From an uncultured Ectothiorhodospiraceae bacterium (GTDB lineage Bacteria > Pseudomonadota > Gammaproteobacteria > CAMYNG01): a stretch of DNA of 64,000 bases. The notes beneath the pieces were generated by a model that was not told the DNA's origin, ran no database searches, and was given only the letters and a program-made list of their open reading frames with translations. This document shows positions 57,384 to 64,000 of the stretch, piece after piece. Position 1 is the stretch's first letter, and every line of letters begins with the position of its first letter. The stretch lies in the NCBI GenBank assembly GCA_947259765.1, contig CAMYNG010000003.1:35540-99539 (forward strand), in the 5' to 3' direction. The translations under genes were made by a program, and so were the position numbers.

Positions 57384-57554
57384 TCAATATTTTATTGCGT
57401 AATAGACCACATAAAACCAGGAAAACAGTCCGTGCAGGATAGCCCATAGAATGGAATGATTAATCGACCAGGATATGGCGATAGCAAGTGCGCTCCCAAA
57501 CGTAATACCGCTGCGTGCGAATTCATTGCGATACAGGTAAACCAAATTTCCCAT
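57384..57554 (-). CDS. Small two-TM membrane protein (56 aa)
   Basis: The internal ATG at 57554 gives MGNLVYLYRNEFARSGITFGSALAIAISWSINHSILWAILHGLFSWFYVVYYAIKY. Confidence 0.45.
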   Translation of the reverse strand: MGNLVYLYRNEFARSGITFGSALAIAISWSINHSILWAILHGLFSWFYVVYYAIKY

Positions 57555-57582
57555 CGTTTTTCTCCGCGTTATCTGAAACAAA

Positions 57583-57777
57583 TTAATTGTCCATCGTGTC
57601 CTGAGCCAGTTGCCGCAGACATGCAGCACAAAGACAATCGTCAAACCGCGCTGCAATATCGTCAAGCACACTCCTGCTCAGCGCCACGGTTTGGCACTGA
57701 CACAAGAGAACCGAGCCTTGTCTGCACTCAAAACCACCGCCGCAGAGAGGGCAGATTTTCAACTCGTGCTTTCTCAT
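57583..57777 (-). CDS. Cysteine-rich small protein (CWC-family-like)
   Basis: CPLCGGGFEC..LLCQC..CLCAAC in 64 aa. Confidence 0.55.
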   Translation of the reverse strand: MRKHELKICPLCGGGFECRQGSVLLCQCQTVALSRSVLDDIAARFDDCLCAACLRQLAQDTMDN

Positions 57778-57988
57778 ACGGCCTATGTCAATCGGCGCAT
57801 ATCAAAGTTCTGCCTTCACAATTCGCATGAAACGGCCTCGGCAGACTATTGATTAACTTGAAAAATTCGCCAAATACCCAAAAATGTCAGCGATTTACGT
57901 GTACTCCCTGTCACGTCAACGTCCCAACACTGTCACAAAACCCACCTAATATCTGCCTGAATCATTTCGTGACTCACGGAGAAAAATC

Positions 57989-58171
57989 ATGACGATTTAC
58001 ATTCGAGAATGCAACGATGGCACAACAGTAATTCTGTCCAACGAAGGACAGGTAAATGGTATTTTTGTTGATCCCCTGGATGCGATTGAAGCCAGCGATG
58101 AGCTTGACCTTGATTTGCGGGACATCTATACCCAACTGGATTTCGATCCGGAACTGGATCCTGCTGCTTGA
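57989..58171 (+). CDS. Small acidic hypothetical protein (60 aa)
   Basis: GGAG Shine-Dalgarno sequence 8 nt upstream of the ATG. I recognise no family. Confidence 0.4.
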   Translation: MTIYIRECNDGTTVILSNEGQVNGIFVDPLDAIEASDELDLDLRDIYTQLDFDPELDPAA

Positions 58172-58248
58172 ATTACGTCGGCTGTTTTTAGCTCATGTAA
58201 ACAACCCATTGAGGAAGTTGCTAACCCGCAGCGGATTGCTTTATTTGA

Positions 58249-59130
58249 CTATTCCATGTATTTCGCGGCTTGCTGCCTGCCCACCTCAATCATCTCGGTC
58301 GCGCGATCAAACTCGAAAAAACTACAGGCGTTTTTTGGAATTTCAATAATGACGTCCGGCGAATAAGAGGCCAATTTGAAGCGGGCTATCGTGCTCTGCA
58401 TGGAGTCGATAGACTGTGAAACGATATTGATAAACCCGAGGTCGTCCGGCTCACTCTTAACCCATTTTTGTTGCAGGTCATCGATAAAGCCTGCGATGGC
58501 GCGATGATACTTATTCACATAGCTTTTTTCTATTTCTTGCTCCGCAAGGAGTGGTAGATGGTGCTCGGATCGGCCACTCAGATTAACCGCAACGGTCATG
58601 TCAGTTAAGTCGGAAAATGTCGGCGCGATGGGAATGGGATTTACGAGCCCACCGTCTACCAGTTTTTTTCCGTGATAGTCAAATGGCGTAAACAAGGTCG
58701 GAATAGCAATGGAGGCGCGAATGGCATCAAACAGGGAGCCTTTGTCCAGCCAGACTTCTTTTCCCTCGTCGATATCAGTGGCCACCGCTGTAAATGAAAC
58801 GGGTAGTTCTTCGATATCGGTATCACCTATCAGTTCCTTAAGCGCGTTGATAATCTTATCGCCTTTAATGAGGCCGGTACGCCCAAACGATACATCCAGT
58901 AACCGGACAACATCGATTCGTTCCAGTGCGCTAACCCATTCGGTATACACATCGAGTTTGCCGGCGGCATAGATTCCGCCGATCAACGCACCCATGGAGG
59001 AACCGGAGATTGAACGAATTTCGTAACCGTTTTCGATTAACCATTCAATCACGCCGATATGCGCGAGCCCTCTTGCGCCACCACAGCCCAGGACTAGCGA
59101 GATCGTGTTTTTTGACTGCGCCGTTTCCAC
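58249..59130 (-). CDS. Patatin-like phospholipase (RssA-like)
   Basis: GCGGARG oxyanion motif, GSSMG (GxSxG) and DGGLVNPIP (catalytic Asp). Confidence 0.85.
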   Translation of the reverse strand: METAQSKNTISLVLGCGGARGLAHIGVIEWLIENGYEIRSISGSSMGALIGGIYAAGKLDVYTEWVSALERIDVVRLLDVSFGRTGLIKGDKIINALKELIGDTDIEELPVSFTAVATDIDEGKEVWLDKGSLFDAIRASIAIPTLFTPFDYHGKKLVDGGLVNPIPIAPTFSDLTDMTVAVNLSGRSEHHLPLLAEQEIEKSYVNKYHRAIAGFIDDLQQKWVKSEPDDLGFINIVSQSIDSMQSTIARFKLASYSPDVIIEIPKNACSFFEFDRATEMIEVGRQQAAKYME

Positions 59131-59212
59131 TCTTTTTCGACTCCGATGAGAATTCCTCGGCTTCTACCAGCCAGTGACAGCCCAAAGGACTGACCGGGCC
59201 ATATTCAAAGAT

Positions 59213-60511
59213 CTATTGCGACACAAGGCGATAAATACCGCCGCCAGCGTAATCCACGACGAACACCTCTCCGTTACTATCCTGTCCGAATGAGCTGATA
59301 TTCAAACCCGACTCCGATAGCATATCGCATCGCGGCTCTACGCTGTCGGCATTAAACAAACCCCAGATCCGACCGCTCACGAAATCTCCAAAAAGATAAA
59401 CGCCCGCAAGGGCCGGTAAAGCTGCACCACGATAAACATAACCGCCTGTAATCGATTGTCCGACGGCGCGAGTATATTCGGCACGCGGTTTTTCAAATCC
59501 CCCCGCCGCACAACCCTGCGGGTTAAAATCGTGGTCTCCTTCAACACATCGCCAGCCATAGTTTTTACCGGACAAAATAACATCCACTTCCTCCCAGGCG
59601 CCCTGCCCCACATCGCCCGCCCAGAGTTCACCGTTAATGCGATCGAAACTCCAACGCCAGGGATTGCGTAAGCCCCAGGCCAGGATCTCAGGACACTTGC
59701 CGGTAGAACAATCCGCGCTGGCAGAAAATGGATTTGAATTTGGGATCGCGTAGGGCTTGCCGCGCAGCGCATCGGTGCGGCGGACATCAATACGTAACAT
59801 GGCGCCATAAAGATTGCCGGTATTTTGAGCGTTATTAAATGGATCGCCTGAACCACCTTCATCACCAAAGCCGACATAGAGCATGCCGTCAGGCCCGAAA
59901 TCCAGTTGGCCGCCATTGTGGTTGGACCGGCGTTGTGCCAACTGCAGCAGGATCTGCTCGCTGTTAATATCCAACTCGGCACCACCAACACCCGTCTCCA
60001 CACGGGAAATAACGGAACGGAAATTACTGCCGTTATTGGATACCGGGTCGTCGCTGGTGGTGTAAGACAGGTAAACCGAACCGCCGCTGGAAAAACCCGG
60101 CTCCAGTGCCATACCCAGAAGTCCACCTTCACCACGTGAATCAACCAGGCTGGTCAAATCGGCAAAAACATCCACGTTGGCGGGCGTGGCGGTATTATCA
60201 AAGGAAAGAATCCGACCGCTCTTCTCCAGCACGAAAACTCGCGCGCCATTTGCAGACCACACCAAGCCGAGTGGACTATTAAAGGTGAGATTAGGAAATT
60301 TGCGCTCGGTACTTACTGCCAGCGCTCCGCCCAGGTTGGTGCACGATGCGACAGCGGCGGCAGGCGGTTCGGAATCACCGCCTCCGCCACATGAATTCAC
60401 AATTAGCGTGGCCAGCAAAACCAGCGAATATCCGCTTATGTCGAGCTTCTCGTTTCTCACCGTCATATGCCCCGTTTGCACCTTGATGAGCATATTTGAC
60501 CCGTACCGCAA
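59213..60511 (-). CDS. PQQ-dependent sugar (glucose/sorbosone) dehydrogenase family lipoprotein
   Basis: NHNGGQLDFGPDGMLYVGFGDEGGSGDP, WAWGLRNPWRWSFD and ITGGYVYRG. The lipobox is IVNSC. The start may be at 60466. Confidence 0.8.
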   Translation of the reverse strand: MRYGSNMLIKVQTGHMTVRNEKLDISGYSLVLLATLIVNSCGGGGDSEPPAAAVASCTNLGGALAVSTERKFPNLTFNSPLGLVWSANGARVFVLEKSGRILSFDNTATPANVDVFADLTSLVDSRGEGGLLGMALEPGFSSGGSVYLSYTTSDDPVSNNGSNFRSVISRVETGVGGAELDINSEQILLQLAQRRSNHNGGQLDFGPDGMLYVGFGDEGGSGDPFNNAQNTGNLYGAMLRIDVRRTDALRGKPYAIPNSNPFSASADCSTGKCPEILAWGLRNPWRWSFDRINGELWAGDVGQGAWEEVDVILSGKNYGWRCVEGDHDFNPQGCAAGGFEKPRAEYTRAVGQSITGGYVYRGAALPALAGVYLFGDFVSGRIWGLFNADSVEPRCDMLSESGLNISSFGQDSNGEVFVVDYAGGGIYRLVSQ

Positions 60512-60605
60512 AATATGTGGTCAGCATCGCAATTCGTGGTGGAAATGAATAAAGATTGGGTATCCGTACGATCTATTTCGTGTGACGTATCCACAGCCCA
60601 AAAGC

Positions 60606-61238
60606 TCACGGAATCCCCATGGCTTTGTTCACATCGCGGGTCACTCGTCCGGGTTTCATGTCACCCTTTAAAATATCTTCCGCGGTGAGTAACATCTGGG
60701 TTGAAGTTCCATTTCGATATTGGCTTAAAACGCCGACGTATCCGGAATAGATAAAATACGGCGGAAATTTAAATTTGTGTTCGAACATAGGAAACTCCGG
60801 TTTAACGCCCTTCAGCTTTCGATCGAGTTTGTCGAAGCGTGGTAACTCCAAAACTCTTCGCCTGGGCTTACCACCACTGGACTCATACAAATCGACGTAG
60901 GCAGAATCCGATGTCCGCACATAAAAGAGAGCAACCCGATGTCCCTTAAACCAGAAGGCCCGATAGTCGATCAGGATTGCCGTTTTGACCTTCGAGATTT
61001 CAATATCGTGAAATAACTCAGCAGGGAGTTGCATGTGTTTGTTCGCCAGTCGTCCACTATCCGCATCGCGAAAAAAGCGTGCAACGGAATCGCTTTTTAT
61101 AACTGCGGGCGAATCGAATACTGATGCATAGCTCAGGTCCCAGGAAAAAGGATTGGAAGGTTTTTTAGCGTGCCCTTGAACAAGGAACGCGCCAAGAGTG
61201 GCGAGCAACAAAAATCTCAACGTATAATGAGAAAACAA
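60606..61238 (-). CDS. Exported hypothetical protein
   Basis: Signal peptide LLLATLGAFLVQGHA. I recognise no family. Confidence 0.5.
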   Translation of the reverse strand: MFSHYTLRFLLLATLGAFLVQGHAKKPSNPFSWDLSYASVFDSPAVIKSDSVARFFRDADSGRLANKHMQLPAELFHDIEISKVKTAILIDYRAFWFKGHRVALFYVRTSDSAYVDLYESSGGKPRRRVLELPRFDKLDRKLKGVKPEFPMFEHKFKFPPYFIYSGYVGVLSQYRNGTSTQMLLTAEDILKGDMKPGRVTRDVNKAMGIP

Positions 61239-61256
61239 ACGGCTGTGCTCATGGAA

Positions 61257-62351
61257 TTACATATAGTAGTCTTCTTTGTCCGGCGAGACGATCGTGGCAC
61301 TAAGGCCTAGCTTAAGTCGAAGGTAGTTCGGATCGTCAGCGCCCGCAGTCGCGTCCTCTCGTGTCACCTTGCCGCTCGAACACAGATTCGCGAGAGAATT
61401 ATCGAATGTTTGCATACCTACCTCGATACTTTCTTCCATATGTTTCTTGAGCTTATGTATATCACCCTCACGAATCAGTTTGCGAACATACGGAGAATCC
61501 AGCAGAATTTCCATCGCCGGAATGCGTCTGCCGTCGGTACTTTTTAATAATCGCTGGGCGACGATCGCACGCAGATTCAACGATAAATCCATACGTACCT
61601 GTTCCTGAGAATCACCGGGAAACAGGTTCAGAATTCTTTCGATAGCCTGATCCGCGTTAGTGGCGTGCAGCGTAGTTAGGCAAAGGTGTCCTGAATTGGC
61701 ATACGCCAGCGCTTGCTGCATGGTTTCACGATCGCGAATTTCACCAATCATTATAACGTCTGGGGCCTCACGGATGGCACGGCGCAACGCGCTCCCGTAC
61801 GATTTAGTATCCAGGCCAATCTCACGTTGGTTGACAATAGACTGGTCATGCCGATGAATGAATTCAATGGGATCTTCAATAGTTAAAATGTGGCCGGTTT
61901 TAATTCGATTACGGTAGGCAATCATTGATGCCAGAGTAGTTGACTTACCGCATCCGGTAGCGCCGACCACGATAATCAACCCACGCGGCTCCAAAACCAG
62001 TTGTTTTAGCAAAGGCGGCAGGTTTAAGTCTTCAATTGTCGGTATATCCCAGCGGATATAGCGCACCACCATGGCAACTTCACCGCGTTGTCTAAATACA
62101 TTAACCCGAAAACGCCCCGTATCTTTAACGGAAATGGCGGTATCAAGTTCCAATTCTTCCTCAAAGGTTTTAACCTGGTTTTGGTTAAGAATTTCGTACG
62201 CAATTTGTTTAACGACACCAGGCGGAAGTGAAGTTTTCGTAATGGGAGTTGCGGTACCTTCGACCTTCATTTGTACCGGGGCGCCGGTGGTAAAAAACAA
62301 ATCCGAGGCCTGTCGTTGGACCATTAACTGAAGATACGGTGTGATATCCAT
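61257..62351 (-). CDS. pilU: Type IV pilus retraction-type ATPase, PilU-like
   Basis: SDLFFTTGAPVQMKVEG, GATGCGKST, LTIEDPIEFIH, LSLNLRAIVAQRL, GMQTFDNSL and LRLKLGL closely follow P. aeruginosa PilU as I remember it. Confidence 0.85.
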   Translation of the reverse strand: MDITPYLQLMVQRQASDLFFTTGAPVQMKVEGTATPITKTSLPPGVVKQIAYEILNQNQVKTFEEELELDTAISVKDTGRFRVNVFRQRGEVAMVVRYIRWDIPTIEDLNLPPLLKQLVLEPRGLIIVVGATGCGKSTTLASMIAYRNRIKTGHILTIEDPIEFIHRHDQSIVNQREIGLDTKSYGSALRRAIREAPDVIMIGEIRDRETMQQALAYANSGHLCLTTLHATNADQAIERILNLFPGDSQEQVRMDLSLNLRAIVAQRLLKSTDGRRIPAMEILLDSPYVRKLIREGDIHKLKKHMEESIEVGMQTFDNSLANLCSSGKVTREDATAGADDPNYLRLKLGLSATIVSPDKEDYYM

Positions 62352-62404
62352 TCTACCTCAGCGCCTCTCGTTGAATTGGCACGTTTGCGGATATGGTCGA
62401 ATGC

Positions 62405-62773
62405 TTAAATATCTAACGGACAACCCTTGGGTGATCCGATAAGAGCCGCGGCTCGCATGAGGATTCCGGGATCAGCATCAAGCTCATTGTAGTCATGCTT
62501 GCTGGCGACATTATCAACCGTACAGGCACAGGCCTTTTTAAACTCGGGTACAAACTGCGTATCCAGCGCGTTTTGCATCTCTGCCGGCAACGGCTCAGAT
62601 GGCGCGATACCGGCCTGTTGCCTGGCCCCGGCAACGACATTTTTCGTCAATGACTTAACGCAGCCGGCTGCCATATCGCTCTTAATACTCGCTGACCATC
62701 CGGCTTTGGATGCCGAAATTGCCGCTGGAGCGAATGAAATAAGTGCAATAAATAAAGCTATCCGTGTATACAT
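62405..62773 (-). CDS. Exported Cys-containing hypothetical protein
   Basis: Signal peptide ending ISA, and four Cys residues. Confidence 0.45.
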   Translation of the reverse strand: MYTRIALFIALISFAPAAISASKAGWSASIKSDMAAGCVKSLTKNVVAGARQQAGIAPSEPLPAEMQNALDTQFVPEFKKACACTVDNVASKHDYNELDADPGILMRAAALIGSPKGCPLDI

Positions 62774-62881
62774 GGTCTAAATCCCTGTTTTTTTAATCGC
62801 AAACCCCAACAATACACGGCAATGGACCCAGTTTAAAGCAACGGCCGTAATGACCCGTTGCGAGGAAAAATTAAGCAGAAT

Positions 62882-64000
62882 TTACGGTTTGATCTCGACT
62901 CGCGGAGGACCCAGGTCATCAACATTAAACGCGGGCCGGCACTCGGCCACGCGGCGCGGATCGGCGCCTTTTTCGGTAATTAAGTACCGACGCACCACGC
63001 GGGTCCGGGAAACGGCCAAGTCACGCAATTTCTGTTGATGTTTTTCCAGCAGGCGGGCCCGTTTTTTTACGGCCCGTTCGGCCTTTTGTGGAGCAACTGA
63101 AGCGGCATTCTCGGTTGTGGGAGCAACCGCGGGTAGCCCGGTTAGTTCCGCAAAATCTGCTGCCGTTGCGCGACCGCATACATCGAGTGACAATCGTGGA
63201 TGAGTTTGTAGCAACTCCACCAGGCTGTTTGCATAGTTTTTGCCCGCCGCGTCCAGCTTGGTCGTGCCGGGCTTGAAGGTCAGTGATGCCAGAGTTACGC
63301 CCTTTGTCTTGTCCGCCGACGAGAAAAGATTGCTGGGAAGAATCTTCTTGAGTGTATTTCCAACCGCCTTGCGAATTGCCGAGCCCGCATCAACACTTGG
63401 CGCATTAACCGTGCCCTTGATCGGCAATGCAAGTTTTATGCGGCCCTGCGGGTCCTGTAAAAGGCCAACGGCTGTTTCCAGGGGAAAGCCGGCTTTTTCA
63501 TCGAGCCGTTTGGCATCTTCCTCTGACACTGCTGAAAATTTCATGTCATCGAGATCGATCCCGACTGTTCCGCTAAGCGTTCCCTGCTTTGCCGTGGCAG
63601 TGGCGGTGGTGGTTAATTGCCCACTTTCAAGGTTTACCCCAGCAAACTCGACCGCGTAAGACGAGTAAGGAGGCAGCTCAAGGTTATTCACCCCACCGCT
63701 CAGATTCAGGTCCACCTTTGGTCCAAGGTTTGACGCCGTACCGCCAAGTTCGATGTGGGTAAATTCGTTGACACTCGCTTCCAGCTGCAACTTTGCCTGT
63801 TTGGCAGGATCACGGCTATCCACGTCACGCAACTCAACCGTTTTGAAAATCGTTTCCAGAGTGACCGGCGGCTCAACCTGCTTATCTTCAAAACGTAGCC
63901 GGGCTCCGTTCTCAACCGCCACGCGTCCCAGCTTCAATTCGAATGGCGCTTTTTGACTTTTATCCTTGCCATCAGTTTGTGGCACTGTTGTTTTCCTGTG
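62882..64000 (-). CDS. DUF748-like protein with OmpA-like C-terminus (5' end beyond the window)
   Basis: The frame stays open to base 64000. The sequence ..VNNLELPPYSSYAVEFAGVNLESGQLT.. is DUF748-like, and the C-terminus ..LAVSRTRVVRRYLITEKGADPRRV...PRVEI is OmpA-like. Confidence 0.6.
   Translation of the reverse strand, partial: HRKTTVPQTDGKDKSQKAPFELKLGRVAVENGARLRFEDKQVEPPVTLETIFKTVELRDVDSRDPAKQAKLQLEASVNEFTHIELGGTASNLGPKVDLNLSGGVNNLELPPYSSYAVEFAGVNLESGQLTTTATATAKQGTLSGTVGIDLDDMKFSAVSEEDAKRLDEKAGFPLETAVGLLQDPQGRIKLALPIKGTVNAPSVDAGSAIRKAVGNTLKKILPSNLFSSADKTKGVTLASLTFKPGTTKLDAAGKNYANSLVELLQTHPRLSLDVCGRATAADFAELTGLPAVAPTTENAASVAPQKAERAVKKRARLLEKHQQKLRDLAVSRTRVVRRYLITEKGADPRRVAECRPAFNVDDLGPPRVEIKP

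Noticed and set aside
58249-59130. The patatin-like lipase as a CBASS-type defence effector.
   Set aside because: No CD-NTase cyclase or other defence gene is adjacent. The protein looks like housekeeping RssA-type patatin.
59377-60144. A 255-aa ORF in another frame of the PQQ-dehydrogenase gene.
   Set aside because: The 432-aa frame carries the diagnostic dehydrogenase motifs. The alternative frame is Arg/Pro/Cys-rich with no features.
1-64000. A search by eye for CRISPR arrays, tRNA/rRNA genes, IS elements, integrases and phage genes.
   Set aside because: No spaced direct repeats, tRNA T-arm/acceptor signatures, transposase or integrase motifs were seen. This is a visual scan only and should be confirmed with tRNAscan-SE, Infernal, ISEScan and a CRISPR finder.

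Overview
The window looks like ordinary chromosomal DNA from a Gram-negative bacterium, probably a gammaproteobacterium. That assignment is an inference from Tas, HinT, YajQ, PilU, PA2778/PA2779-type and YgiM-type products. It is densely coding, with about 70 supportable CDSs. I recognised no rRNA, tRNA, CRISPR array, transposase, integrase or prophage genes.

The dominant theme is second-messenger signalling:
- four single-domain PilZ proteins, a YajQ-type c-di-GMP binder, a GGDEF-EAL protein and an HDOD protein
- five cNMP-binding domains spread over three proteins
- CBS, FIST and receiver-domain proteins

Best candidates for an undescribed system:
1. A minus-strand array (26697-30538) in which three PilZ genes alternate with a PlsC-type acyltransferase and an App1/DUF2183-type phosphatidate phosphatase. 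It sits directly upstream of a GGDEF-EAL gene.
2. A PilZ gene sandwiched between two paralogous genes encoding CGH...CxxC proteins of unknown family (20121-21455).
3. A six-gene, translationally coupled module of RDD, SpoIIM-like, DUF4129-like, DUF4350-like, MoxR and DUF58 genes (38429-45169).

Other observations:
- a PA2778/PA2779-type peptidase and substrate-like gene pair
- a B-box membrane protein next to an orphan AAA+ ATPase
- an ExeA-like ATPase fused to FHA
- a DUF805 protein ending in a type IV pilin-like helix
- an internally deleted periplasmic-binding-protein pseudogene
- a perfect CRP-type palindrome
- two unusually long non-coding gaps

All family assignments come from reading motifs by eye and from memory. 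No searches were run.
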